From Eledone cirrhosa (taxonomy: Eukaryota), in the NCBI GenBank assembly GCA_964016885.1, contig OZ024743.1:145018001-145082000 (forward strand): 64,000 nt of DNA, read 5' to 3'. Below the pieces are notes generated by a model, which worked only from the letters and a program-made list of their open reading frames with translations, was not told where the DNA came from and did no database searches. Every line of letters starts with the position of its first letter. The first letter of the stretch is position 1. Positions 11,900 through 29,386 of this stretch are shown here, piece after piece. The position numbers and the translations under genes were made by a program.

Positions 11900-12950
11900 C
11901 ATCAACAAACTCCTTCACCACACGTCTCTACCTTACCAACATACATTATGGACATTTTGCTCTAAACATCTTCAGCTCATTCCCTTTTCGCCCAGATTAT
12001 TCCAAACTTCTATTCACTGTGCACGTCAAATCCATCATTCTACTACGTTTCCCTCCACGTCCTTGTGCGCCATTCCATGCTTGTTCTCGGGAACGCCACC
12101 CTGCTTTAGCTATTCAATTGCCTCTCTTCTGGTGATTTTTACAAAGAAATGACCCAAATTTTGCAAAGCCTTTTCTAGGCGATATTGAGGCGCAGATTTT
12201 CTCCTAATTCGTTTAACACCACAACAGTGCACGGCCACGATATTGAAGATTACATCGGCACTCTCACCAGACAGCAACTCGATAGCTTCATCGATTACAC
12301 TAACTCGTTCCACCTTTCCCTAATATTCAGTTCCAACTTAGATGATTCTTCTGTCAAATTCATAGATGCCTCCGTCACTATCAACAACCATTTTCCATAC
12401 ACCCTCGTCAATTGCAAATGTACCGCCTGTCACTTATATATTTCCTATCCCTCTCCTCACTCGCGTTACACCCAATCCAATATTTTACTCAACCAAATCA
12501 TTGCTCTTCTGTATTCTACTTCAACTTTAACCCGACCACCATACCATCAAAACACACACTTTCCTGTAATTTCTACTCTCTGGCTCTATAATTATTCCGA
12601 TCTTTCCCGTGCTGCATTTCTTTTCCTTCAAAAGAGATAAGAATCTCTGCAACATTCGAGTCAGAAAACCTGTAAACCCCCAGCTACTTCAAAATACGCT
12701 TGCCAGATATATACATCAGTAACACACAACAACCCACAATCTGAATTCTCAGTACCAAATCAACCAACATCATGTATTGAACCCAGTGGTACCTTGTATG
12801 TTAGTGAAACAGACCGTTGCCAGGGTGATCGCATCCACGAGCCCCTTCATAACAATCCCCAACTTACCCCATGCCAGTCTGTGGCCAACCATTCCAAAAC
12901 ACCTAGAAATTCTATTAACAATTTCTCGGGGTCCAACATTTCGGTACATC
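11900..12950 (+). pseudogene. Highly decayed Penelope-like element (RT and GIY-YIG remnants)
   Basis: FIDYTNSFH..IFS....VKFID...K.T..HLYI...SPH resembles the PLE RT thumb. LYVSETDRCQGDRIHE near 12795 resembles YVGETGRRLGDRFREH. Confidence 0.65.
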
Positions 12951-13533
12951 GTAAACCGTAAAAGTCGAAAATGTTGCGATGAGTTCATATTCTTTACACC
13001 CCAAAAGTGTCATTTTCATGTTTCATACATTTGCATACATTTATATATACATTAAGAAAGATACTACCCCCCCCCCCCCACACACATATATATATATATA
13101 TGTGTGTGTATGTGAATATCTTGCAGTGATTACATAATAGTACTTGTCTCAAGACAAGAGCCGATTTTTTTAATTGCTACCCTCATCCTGTAAAGTACAT
13201 GTTACATAACTACAAAGACCCGGGATAAATCTTACCCGGAATGAATTAACCCAAACGACAGTTGTCTCCTGCATCAATCTAACTTGAGTTGTCTCCCTTA
13301 TCGGTGTCTATTGTGCAAAAACCAGTAAGCTCATATACATATCCATTCTCAGCGCAACCTCACTCGGGTTGAAAATCCACTTGATGAAACGCACGTCAAT
13401 TTGTTGTGGAACTAACTCTATACCGAACTCGTCCTCTAGACTGAGTGCTTTACTTACTACGGATATAACCTCCCGCTTTTTTAGCACAATATATAATATA
13501 TATATATATACACATATATATATTTCATATTCG

Positions 13534-13590
13534 CTGCTATATATATTTCGGTGAGAACCATTATTCAACAGCTATGACTTCATCAGGCAG
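13534..13590 (-). ncRNA. Type I hammerhead ribozyme motif
   Basis: On the - strand: CTGC CTGATGA [stem II hairpin] GAAA TATATA TA GCAG, with stem I CTGC/GCAG. The base of stem II is imperfect. Confidence 0.65.
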
Positions 13591-14624
13591 TTAGAACCTG
13601 AACACAAAAAAAACAGGAAAACATAATGTTGTAATAGATTTTGCCTTGTTATTTCGTTGATGTGTTCAGATCTGGAGTGTGGTGTTACTCCTCCAAGGAA
13701 CTAAAATCATATGATTTAGAATGAACGAATTCCTCATTGGTCAGATACTATATCAACACCCCAGCCGTAAGTCTGTTGAAATTCTTCGGTCAGTTTTCCT
13801 AGAAACAGATCAGCTTCTTAGGGTTGCTTTTAACTGCATATATATATATTCTGGTCCAGTTGGCCTACTTGCCTGCAGTGGCAGTGGTTTGAGCAGGTCA
13901 GTTAGCAAGTTAATCACTACCACCCTGTTGTAGTAGTATTCAGGCTGTTAGGGAAGAATTTATGTATGTAAATTGATATGGGTTCCTCTGTTAGCGTTAT
14001 TGTTTCTTCATATCACTAGGTCTTATAGTGGGAGATGCTATAAATGTAACTGTGTTAAAACCTATACGTGTTAAAATCTAGAAGTGTTGAAAATTATAAT
14101 CTATATTTTGAACATTTAGTACAAACCCGCAAACATCCGTCGACGTACACTCACACGTGCACACACATGTAAGTATAGATGCACATACATACCTGCATCT
14201 ATACATGCACATACATCAGTAGCTAAACGTAACTGCGTGCACATATATACACGCACGCACATAAGTACATACACACACATACGTGCATACGTACACACAG
14301 ACACAGATGCATATGTCCCCTCAGGAGGGTGGGCAAGAGAAATAATTAGGTGTGTCTTATTTACTTGTAACAGTTAGTACTGACTCTTGCGGTAGCATAT
14401 CCTTCGGAGAGCCCGATCACAGACCGGGGGTGAGTGGTGAGGCTCGGTGGTCAGAAATGTGGGGTGCCTGGTTGCACACAGGGTAGGACTCTGCTGACGT
14501 TTATCTATATCATCCCGCTAATTAGCTAGTGTATCTTAACTTGGATTCGAGCTATGGAAGTGAGAGAGAGAAGGGTGGACCACTGTGGTGTGACTCATGG
14601 GTCTAGCTGCTCAGGTAGTGTGGT

Positions 14625-15030
14625 TCTATATTATAAAGCTGACGGCCGTATGTATGTAACAAACCTTTCACCAAACGGCTGGACCCAAAAGCACCAAATT
14701 TGCACCATAGATGTAACTTTTTCCAAGTAAGAAAGTGAGGGTATTTTTGTCTTCTAAATTTCGTTAAAAGATTAAAGATATTTTATCGTTTATTTAAATA
14801 TTTACTTCTTTAAAATTTTCAAATGTCAACACTTCCGGTTATACGACATTCCTCTCTCTTTCTTAGTCTGTCCTTTTAGATAGATACATAGCTATAACGT
14901 CGCGCCCTTATAATATGTCTCTGTATGTCTGGCTGTCTGCATTTGATACATAGCTATAACGTCACACGCTTATAATATCTGTTTGGCTGCCTGTCTGCAT
15001 TCACTTCGCTTCTAACCAACTTTTAATTAA
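14625..15030 (+). mobile_element. Non-autonomous Helitron-like fragment (5' part)
   Basis: Starts TCTATATTATAAAGCTGA..gtatgtatgt..aaacggctggacc..aaattt. Inverted near-identical copy at 34711-35001. Confidence 0.55.
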
Positions 15031-15325
15031 TTCAGTGCAAAGATACCGCACGCCCTCTCAATAATTAATTATATATATATATAAAATTAGTAATAATATT
15101 AAATGTGAAGACTAAAATCCAAAGAGGGCTCGATAAGGATAAATATATATCAAATATATAAGAAACCCAGAGCAAATATTGTTCTCATTGCTGACGTATT
15201 AACTTCACTTTTTTCCCTTCACTGCCAGGGAACGTCTTCACGAACCAAAGTATCATCTTCTTGTTTTCCTTCGGTTGCAACGTTTTACGAAATATTTACT
15301 TCTGCGTTCACAGATTGATTTTTTT

Positions 15326-15376
15326 AGTTTCTGAAGATCCCGTTAAGGGTGATAGCAGCGATTCTTTGCTTAAACT
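15326..15376 (+). ncRNA. Hammerhead motif, GAAA mutated to GATA
   Basis: AGTTT CTGAAGA TCCC GTTAA GGGT GATA GCAG..TTGC TT AAACT. Sister copies at 37137-37186 (-) and 62898-62998 have GAAA. Confidence 0.65.
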
Positions 15377-15958
15377 TTAATCTGTTATTTTAATATATAT
15401 ATATAATTATATATCCGTGTACAGATATTTTTGCATACACAAAAACAAAATATAAACAAACGAATTTATTTCACGAAAGCACAGACGGCTTATCGTCATT
15501 GTTATTGCCGATATGCCACCCAAAAAGTCCCAGCCTGGCCGCAAGATCAGATTTTCCAAAGGAAAATGTTACTAGAGCAACAGAGAGACTAAGCTTCGCG
15601 ATTACCATCAAGAAAGCTCAGGGTTAAACCCTAAAAGTGGCTGGCCTTCATCTGGGAAAACCATGCTTCTCCCATGGTCTATTGTATGTAGGATGCTCTA
15701 GGGTGGGCTCACCAAATAATCTCTTCATCTTTGCTCCCGAGGGCCGAACAAAAAATATTGTATATTCTGAGGCTCTAACACTGTAATTTATGTATTTTCT
15801 GTTACTTGGAATTTCCATTATGGTTGTACAAATTATTGTAAAGTTTGTTAAAAAACGTGTTCTCTGTTCAGCCTTTATTGTTGTAGCTATCAATTTTCTT
15901 TAACTGGGGAATCATAAAAACTATTGAAACCAAACATCAGAGCACGTTAACCCCCTTA

Positions 15959-20290
<4,332 letters not shown>

Positions 20291-20475
20291 ATATATATAT
20301 ATATATATATATATAATTAGAATTTAGCTTCGAGCATAGCTCTATACAGATATGAATTTCGTGTTTCTAGTGAAATACGGTTATCTTTATAAATAAACAT
20401 TTAGAAAGCCGTAGCTATGCCAAAACACCAGCGGCTATCGCCACCTGGTGGTTTCCAGCAAGGTGGTGTCCCACA

Positions 20476-20521
20476 ATCGTCGATGCGCATTTCGAACTAA
20501 CCTTGTTCTCATCAGGACAAT
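20476..20521 (-). ncRNA. Canonical minimal type I hammerhead
   Basis: ATTGTC CTGATGA GAAC AAGGTTA GTTC GAAA TGCGCA TC GACGAT: full core, 6-bp stem I, palindromic stem III, AUC cleavage triplet. Lies inside an inverted repeat at about 20390-20682. Confidence 0.88.
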
Positions 20522-20711
20522 CCCTCTCGCTCTTGCAGCTGCTGGACTTTGAAAACAGGCGGGAATTATAAGTTGAACCAACTTATACAGCTTCATATGC
20601 AAATGAGATTAATTATCTGATTTATACATGCGAGAAAACTATATGTTTTGGCATAACTACAGCTTTCTAAATATTTATTTATAAACATACAGTATTCCAA
20701 CACACACACAC

Positions 20712-20834
<123 letters not shown>

Positions 20835-20951
20835 TTGCGTCCATAGGCGGTATGCCAAAGCAGCACTCGATGCTCTTGGGAATCAGAGTATCAATAGCAT
20901 TAATATATAAGGGAACAAAAAATCAGTGTTGCACCATATACATATTTAATT

Positions 20952-21036
20952 ACATATTACATATGTTTCTCTGTCGATCAGCTCGATCTATTAATGATCG
21001 ACCCTGACTCTGGAATCGGAAGCTCCTCAGATATGT
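20952..21036 (-). ncRNA. Hammerhead with extended stem II
   Basis: ACATAT CTGAGGA ...TCGATC-ATTAATA-GATCGA... GAAA CATATG TA ATATGT. Related degenerate copy at about 50864-50955 (+). Confidence 0.7.
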
Positions 21037-21208
21037 TTTAAAATGTAGACTCGCGTATATTATATATAAGTATGTGTACATATATATATATAGAGAGAGA
21101 GAGATAGATATAGATATAGATATATATACGTATGGGTTATATCGAACATAAATAATAATGCTCGATTCCTTTGTAAACAAACGAGTTTGTTCAACACTGG
21201 TTTTGAAA

Positions 21209-21252
21209 AACAATCAACATGTTTCTGGGCCATTACCCTTCATCAGGACTGT
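21209..21252 (-). ncRNA. Minimal hammerhead
   Basis: ACAGTC CTGATGA AGGG TAATGG CCCA GAAA CATG TT GATTGT. Degenerate relative at 59795-59836 (+). Confidence 0.7.
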
Positions 21253-21896
21253 ATTCTTCTCTGTCAATGTGCTGAACGGTTGAAAATATATAGTAGTTTC
21301 TTAAGTATACATCGGCTGAATAGCTTCATTTGCATACCGAGCGAACTGCGGCTGGCTTTGCCGAATATTAAAAATAAAATAAGAATTTTATTTCTCAATC
21401 TAGCACAGCTGATACATAAAAGTAAGTATTCGAATAATAATACTAATAATACTAACTATCCAATCTTTATTTCCAATCCTAAATCACCATTATATTTGAA
21501 AAATAAATTTTTTTCTTACTGTATATGTATTTATGTATACACATATAACCTCGATTAAGAAACAAGGCATGCCTTCAAAATTGGGTTTTTATTGAATATT
21601 ATTAATTTATTAAATATTAGTTATTAAACATTACTTTCTCAAGTTAGCAATATAGTACCTTATGAATGAATCTAATAAACTTGTATAATAACCAAGTAAT
21701 TTCCCTATATCTAAATTAGAACACCCATGTAAAAACAGTTTTATTTATTATCAACAAAATGCTTAACATCCCTCAATTAAGACATCTTAAAAGCACTCAC
21801 CACTTTTATGATCTTCTTCTTCTTCTTCTTCTTCTTCTTCTTCTTCTTCTTCTTCTTCTTCTTCTTCTTCTTCTTCTTCTTCTTTTTCTTCTTCTT

Positions 21897-21937
<41 letters not shown>

Positions 21938-22150
21938 GCAAAGTATCGAACTTTCGTTCATAGGTAATGTAGGAAACTCAGACGCAGAAAATATCTGAAA
22001 ACACAGTTGGTCAAATACACCAACAGACAGGAAAAAGTGGCGAGCGACCATTGCAAGGAATCGAACATCCGTGAGATACCGTCTGACTGCACTAACCATA
22101 AAGCTAAATGACCCCTGAAAACAATCCCGGTAGATCACACACTCTCCCCT

Positions 22151-22339
<189 letters not shown>

Positions 22340-23772
22340 GATAACAAGTTATCATTATAGGTAATCCAGTTAGAGGTTGTGAGTGCTCTGCGTCGTGGAT
22401 AGTTTTAACGTACGGCTTTGATTGACTCAACAAGATGTTTCCATAGTTATGCAGCGAGTTCGCGGTAGTTTCTATGCAGGTTATACTTGGAGTAATAATA
22501 GTTAAAGAATGAAGATTAACATGGTTGGCTGTACAATAAGGGCCTTATTTAAAGTACTTACAATTGTTTCGTTGATCATGTGGGACTAGAGTTCGCTAAT
22601 CGCTTTGGCTGCATTATTCGATCTCCAATACATTATTCACCTCTGGTCAACACATCAGAGCATGTAGATATGAAACTAATTCACTCGAGGCAAGACTTAT
22701 ATAGAAAAATAGCGTATAATTAAAACAATAACATCAATAATAGAATAGCGTATAATGTAAACAATAACATCAATAATAATACATGTATGGTAAATGGGTA
22801 GAGAAGCTACAGTAAAAGTAAAATATAAGATAGGGTACATTAAAAAGTAAGAAAAAGAGAGAATGGAAAATATAAAGAGATAAACAAATAAATAGGTGAG
22901 AGCGTGTAAGTACATAGTAGTGGTTTTTTAGTAAGTGTTCTTATAAGGATTCGTTGGTGGGAAACTAGATTTGAGATGTACATAGATACGCGTAGAGGAT
23001 CTGATAAAAGAGACGCTAAATTAGAGATTAATTGCTGGATGCATATGAAATTTCTAGGCTAGGGGTGACGAGCCACTTGATAAACCCTAGTTGTAAATGT
23101 TTTGCTGATTGTTCTATCTTAATGGAGTTGATGTTTCAGGGGAAAAGGGTGAAAGAACTGTTCAGAGATTTTTGATCCAGTGACCGGTTGGCCGTTTGAT
23201 AGCTAATGGCAGTGTGATGTGTGTATTCTATATGTTAAAATCTAAGTGGTTCAGTTCTAATTTTGGGATTTCTGGTTAAATTCATGGTGGTTTAACGTTT
23301 GTGATCTAGTAGCTATTTTATGTCTACAGAAAATAGATCTTTCTATTTTGCTGTTAAGCAGCAACCCATCGTACCTTAAACTATGTAGTAGTTCTAAGTT
23401 ACAAAGCCCACAGTTGGACATACCGTTGCTGTAGGCTTTTGCTACCGATAATTTTGACCAGCTAATCTTATATTCTAGGTTTCTGTCCTTAAGCTGCCAG
23501 ATTTTATTGGCGAGCGTCGTAGAGTTCTCCAGTGCCCGGTTCTTTATGGAGTGTCTGTGGACGTACAACGGTATTTTTCTATATAAGTCTTGCCTTGAGT
23601 CAATTACTTTCATATCTACGTACTCTGATGTGTTGACCAGAGGTCAATTATGTATTGGAGATCGAATAACGCAACCTCAAACGATTAGCGAACTCTAGAC
23701 CCACATGATCAACGAAACAATTGTCAGTACTTTAAATAAAGCCCCTATTTTACAGACAACCATGTTAATCTT

Positions 23773-23776
<4 letters not shown>
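22340..23776 (-). mobile_element. 5'-truncated Naiad-like PLE (GIY-YIG C-terminus + 3' UTR) with inverted terminal arms
   Basis: H..S.....NSTTLANKIWQLK...W.....AY....CGLCNLE...LN.K.E....CRH at 23257-23571. Inverted arms 22508-22711 and 23572-23776. (TA)n on both sides. Confidence 0.8.
23620..23730 (+). ncRNA. Hammerhead-like motif with ~70-nt stem II insertion and an A9U core change
   Basis: GTACT CTGATGT GTTGACCA...TGATCAAC GAAA CAATTG TC AGTAC. Inverted copy at 22554-22663. Confidence 0.6.
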
Positions 23777-23851
<75 letters not shown>

Positions 23852-23853
<2 letters not shown>

Positions 23854-25007
23854 AACTGCTTCGCCATGCCGAAGCTCCTCTATAACATTCGCAGCGCTCC
23901 ATGCTACACCCACACATCTCTCATCGCTGACCTCGATACTTGTATCCGAGCGGCAGCTGAGGAGATATGCGACGTCAAGTTTGACGACATTGGATGGCAA
24001 CAGGCCACTTTACCTGTCAGGTATGGTGGCCTTGGCTTCCGGTCCCCGATCTCGCTGGCTTTGTCGGCGTATCTTTCGTCGGTAACCTCGTGCCGCGTCC
24101 TCGTCAGCAGGTTCTTCAAAACACAATAGAACCCTTTGTGTTCAGAGAACGTGAGGCCGCCTGTGAGGCGTGGGACCGGCTGGGACTTAGCACATTAGAC
24201 GTCCCTCCTCCTTCTCCCCCTGTTAACGTCAAGTCCCCCCAAAGCACTTGGGATGCCATCCAGTGCAGCCTGGCCTCAGACAGGCTCACACACTAGCTCG
24301 ACCAGCACCGCCTTGCCTGCTTTCGTGCGGCCTCCAAACCCCACAGTGGCGCCTGGCTCCAGGCCCTGCCCTCCTTCTCCACTGGCACTCAGCTAGACAA
24401 CAGGAGGCTCGGCCTCCGGATCTGCGAGCCACACCAATGTCGCTGCGGATCCACCGTGGACTCTTTCGGACTCCAACCGCTTTCCTGTCGCCACAGTGCC
24501 GGCCGCCTTCCACGCCATGATGCCCTCAACGAAGTCATAAAGCATGGCTTGAACGCTGCGGGCTTCCCTTCCCAGCTCGAGCCGGTGGGGCTGGACAGAG
24601 GGGACGGCAAAAGGCCAGATGGCATGACCATCTTCCCGTTCCGTGGTGGCAAACCCCTCGTCTGGGATGCTACTTGCACCGACACTTTCTGCAGACGCAA
24701 CCTGGTGCAGTCTGCGACTAACCCAGGTTCTGCTGCACGTCGGGCTGAGGAGGCCAAGCTACTCAAATACCGGTCGCTCTCCGACAAGTTTGCGGTTGTA
24801 CTCCTGGCAGTGGAGACTTCTGTGTCCTCGGCCCAAGGGTTACCTCCCTACTCACCACCATAGACGCTGAGCTGGCCAGCTGCAGGTGTGAACCCCGCGA
24901 GCTGGAGTGGCTTTTCCAGCGCGTCTCCCTTGCCGTCCTCTGTGGGAACGCCTTCTCCATCCTGTCCGCCGGGACTGTGGGGGGGACCCCATCGCGTAGC
25001 ATTCCAT
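23852..25007 (+). mobile_element. CRE-clade RLE non-LTR retrotransposon, 3' 1.15 kb, frameshifted
   Basis: GC-rich island. Motifs QATLPVRYGGLG, GAWLQALP, CRCG..C..RHDALN, KRPDG..LVWDAT, AEEAKLLKY and FQRVSLAV..GNA. Preceded by (TA)n. Confidence 0.85.
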
Positions 25008-25551
25008 ATTTAGGTATTCAGATTAATGGTTCAATGTCTGTGTTAGCTTTACAACTTATATATCCTTTTACTTGTTTATATATATATTTGGCAATTTCTG
25101 TCTGTCTGTGTATATGTGTAATATGTGTATAATCAGTTGGCGCCTACACCAGTGATCCGATCCTGATGAAACTTTACATACATATTAAGCTAATATTCAG
25201 AAATAGGACTGGCTAATTGGATTTCAATAAAAATCAATAATGGAACCCCTGGGGACATCTTTACAACGGAGAAGGAAAGAGAAGACGTTTCATTGTGATA
25301 GGGGCAAGAGGAGATACTACTACTGAATGTTAAACCCTCCCTCCCACTACTCCCCTTCCTCCTCCCACAACTCAGTCCTCCAGAATGAGGCACAACTTAT
25401 TAGAAATATACATAAAGAAATTTCAAACAAAGCAGACGATAATCTAATTTTGGTTGACGACTGAACAGATGTCTCTGTATATATATATATATATATATAC
25501 ACGTGTGCACGTGTTCAGGATCCATATCAGTGGCTGTGATATATATATAAT

Positions 25552-25612
<61 letters not shown>

Positions 25613-25633
25613 TATAAAACAGTTTATATATTG

Positions 25634-25699
25634 TATTTTATCTGACGAAGGCATGCCATATTTTTAATATGGTATCCCTGAAATATGTATAATGAAATA
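25634..25699 (+). ncRNA. Type I hammerhead
   Basis: TATTTTAT CTGACGA AGG..ATGCCATATT/AATATGGTAT..CCT GAAA TATGTA TA ATGAAATA. Same family as 56759-56824. Confidence 0.82.
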
Positions 25700-25827
25700 A
25701 ATATGGTTTTATAAATATAGTTTCCATTTGTTTACTATCGTATATCTATTCCAAAAACTTGTCGAGTGCTTTATATCGGTTATAAAATGTTTACTTGTTG
25801 TAACCCAACAATTTAAAATAAAACTTT

Positions 25828-25863
<36 letters not shown>

Positions 25864-25984
25864 GAAACACACAGATACATGCGGACACACACATATATAC
25901 ATGAATGCGTCCGCACCCAACTGTGAGTTAAGGATTCTTTCTCACGTCGTGTAGACGCGTTCTTGAGACTAGTAAAATGAGGTA

Positions 25985-26072
25985 TCCTCTTGATAAGTCG
26001 GCAGACCTCGCAAGGACTCTATATCTTTGATATATTGTTTTTGTTTATGCCACGAAACTACGTAGTCGAGGA
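25985..26072 (+). ncRNA. Hammerhead with U3-A8 compensatory core
   Basis: TCCTC TTGATAA GTCGGCA...TGCCAC GAAA CTACGTAG TC GAGGA. Confidence 0.72.
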
Positions 26073-26575
26073 ATTTAGGAACAGTTTAGGTATGATACAT
26101 TTTATTACTAATTATATCTAAATGTTTCTTCTCTCTTCATAATGTATTTTTAACTCTGATACTGGTTCAGTCTAGCTCAAACTGAATTGGTCTGTCCCAG
26201 TCATTCATTGAGCAACATCGGTGAAGTTGGCACCCTTAACTCACAGTTGGGTGCGGACGCATTCATGTATATATGTGTGTGTCCGCATGTATCTGTGTGT
26301 TTCTAAATATATTAATAACTCCCTCTGGTCGAGCAATCTTTGAAGTGTGGGGACAACTGGAAAGCTTCCATTACTCATACTTCTCGCCTTCTTCACTACC
26401 TCTTCTACGGCCTCGATATGAATACCCCCTCCGCCTCCGTGGTATTTTCTTCGTGGTTATAAGAGGCTTAGCTCTGTTTCTCGACCGTTATATCGCGTGA
26501 CTATCTCCCCCTCCGCCTTTTGGGATTCTTTCTCACGTCGTGTAGACGCGTTCTTGAGACTAGTAAAATGAGGTA

Positions 26576-26663
26576 TCCTCTTGATAAGTCGGCAGACCTC
26601 GCAAGGACTCTATATCTTTGATATATTGTTTTTGTTTATGCCACGAAACTACGTAGTCGAGGA
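26576..26663 (+). ncRNA. Second copy of the U3-A8 hammerhead
   Basis: Identical to 25985-26072 at offset 591. Confidence 0.72.
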
Positions 26664-26936
26664 ATTTAGGAACAGTTTAGGTATGATACATTTTATTACT
26701 AATTATATCTAAATGTTTCTTCTCTCTTCATAATGTATATATATATATATATATATATATACAAATAAGAGGCAGAGTTAATAACTCATTAATAGCCTGT
26801 AATTAATATGAGTTATAATTGTTTCTACTTTAGGCACAAGGCCAGCAATTACCCAGTGCATTACTGGTACTTTATTTTATCGTTTACTTGTTTTAATGTT
26901 TACTTGTTGTAACCCAACAATTTTAAATAAAACTTT

Positions 26937-26982
<46 letters not shown>

Positions 26983-27183
26983 AATAAGAGGCAGAGTTAA
27001 TAACTCATTAATAGCCTGTAATTAATATGAGTTATAATTGTTTCTACTTTAGGCACAAGGCCAGCAATTACCCAGTGCATTACTGGTACTTTATTTTATC
27101 GACCCCGTCAGGATGAAAGGCAAAATCAACCTCGGCAGGGATTTGAACTCAGATCGTAAAGGGACGTAACTATGCTGGAAAGC

Positions 27184-27291
27184 ATGAGTTATAATATGAG
27201 TTATAATATGAGTTATAATATGAGTTATAATATGAGTTATAATATGAGATATAATATGAGTTATAATATGAGTTATAATATGAGTTATAAT
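27184..27291 (+). repeat. 12-bp tandem repeat (ATGAGTTATAAT) x~9
   Basis: Direct reading; the same 12-mer occurs singly at about 26808 and 27027. Confidence 0.9.
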
Positions 27292-27494
27292 GCCTACGGA
27301 TTATCTGTTACAAACACAATTCTCAGGGCGAAACAGATTAAATCTGTAATCTGTCCGGGAGATGAAATAGTTATTGAAACGGTCTCGACATTTATCTCTT
27401 TATCATGTATTTTCCGTTTGCTTCAGGTTAAATCTGTCAAACCAACGTGGTATCTTAACCCTCGTAATTTTAAACACACAATTTATGTGTGTAT

Positions 27495-27584
<90 letters not shown>

Positions 27585-28487
27585 GTATATATATATATAT
27601 CACATCCACTGATATGGATCCTGAACACGTGCACATGTTTAGATCACATTAAGGTCAACTGCAGGAATCGGGGATAAGTTACAAAAAGGTGTGATGATCA
27701 ATGACCTGGAAGTTGGCTAACCATGAGATTAGTCCGAAGAATAAAACCCAAATCGTATATTGATGAATATTCGTACTCCCGGCATATTAATTGTAACATG
27801 CCGTCTTTGAGAGTAAAGTTTATTTTGTCGATATTTCGAGGTATCTGATTGTGGGAAGATGAAGACGAATTAAGAAGATGTAACTTCTCCCCCATTATCG
27901 ACATTTTGCAACAGTGAATGTTACAAGTCCCTCTTTAGGGCCAACCCTTCTGATTGTTTATCCGACTTATTATGGTGTTTTTTATCGGGTCATGTCTACT
28001 ATAAGGGATGGTTTTTTTGAATTGCCTCAGTCATTCGAAGGCCTTTATAAACGGTGATATGCAGGGGGCTTGAACAGTGCCTGTATATGTTCACTGGGTT
28101 ATAATTGCGATGACTTCCTCAATTGTTCTGTGTTTGTTCTTGAGCGCTAAGGCAGTGAGTTTGCTATTCTTATACATAGGTTTGTTGAATAAGTTCGATA
28201 CTATTCGAGCTCCAACTTCCCCGGCTTATTCACTCTCAATGAAGAAAGCTGGATGGAAGAAGGACTTATGACTTAAACAGCTATTGATAGTTCCACACAA
28301 AAAATTGATCGGCCATAAACACACCTAGCAAAGGTGTCACTAGCATTTTCAGGTGCACTCTAGGAACTGCGAATAACCCCACTTTTCCCGGGTATTACTG
28401 TGTACTGCAGCTAGTATATATATATAACAAAGAATGTGTGGTAAGCTGTCGAAACGGCCGGTCAGCCGTCGGGGCCCTGACTCTTTT

Positions 28488-28637
<150 letters not shown>

Positions 28638-28689
28638 TGTGAGTGTATTTGTGTAAAAGGTAAATAGAAATAACAACACAATCAGTGCA

Positions 28690-28769
<80 letters not shown>

Positions 28770-28849
28770 AGTAGGCATCTCTAACAAAATACACCCCCGT
28801 CCCACCACCCCCACCCCCTCCACACCGCCCCTTTCAATGTAAAGTTATG

Positions 28850-29130
28850 TTGGTGCCACAACATCCAGGCCGAAACAAATGAGATCGTGTAGGTGTCACG
28901 ACAAAAAAAAACACACGGTCCACGCTGTAATGTGGCCGTGTAGGCAACACGGTAAAAACCTCTCAGCCCCACACTGTAAATGTGGTTGGTGTTAGGAAGG
29001 GCATCCAACTGTAGAAAACCCGCCAGACAGTCCTATACGAGCAAGACAACCACTCTTGCCTCAAGTGGGAAAACTCCCGTCCAAACCCATGCAAGCGTGG
29101 AACATGGACGTTAAACGATGATGATGATGA
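28850..29130 (+). mobile_element. SINE or non-autonomous retroposon 3' part with (GAT)n tail
   Basis: tggttggtgttaggaagggcatcc...ccgtccaaacccatgcaagcgtggaacatggacgttaaac(gat)n, with a terminal hairpin cgtcca/tggacg. Confidence 0.6.
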
Positions 29131-29199
29131 TATATATATATAGTAATAATAATAAATTTGAAGACTAAAATCCAAAGAGGTATATATATATAACCAAGC

Positions 29200-29367
29200 G
29201 TTACCTCCCTACTCACCACCATAGACGCTGAGCTGGCCAGCTGCAGGTGTGGACCCCGCGAGCTGGAGTGGCTTTTCCAGCGCGTCTCCCTTGCCGTCCT
29301 CCGTGGGAACGCCTTCTCCATCCTGTCCGCCGGGGCTGTGGGGGGACCCCATGGCGTAGCATTCCAT
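29200..29367 (+). mobile_element. Short 3' fragment of the CRE element
   Basis: Near-identical to 24839-25007; ends gcattcc directly into (AT)n. Confidence 0.88.
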
Positions 29368-29386
29368 ATATATATATATATATATA

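Larger units (their letters stand above)
25860..26738 (+). mobile_element. ORF-less retrozyme-like element: 216-bp direct repeats 591 bp apart, each with a hammerhead, plus an inverted 5' cap
   Basis: 25932-26147 equals 26523-26738. 25860-25933 is the reverse complement of 26234-26308. Flanked by (TA)n. Confidence 0.8.

Noticed and set aside
25150-25200. CTGATGA at about 25163 as a hammerhead
   Set aside because: No matching stems or GAAA-UH. The context ccgatcctgatgaaactt resembles a common non-autonomous Helitron-type motif.
27640-28350. Coding-like stretch on the - strand
   Set aside because: It has multiple stops and no recognisable motif, so it cannot be assigned.
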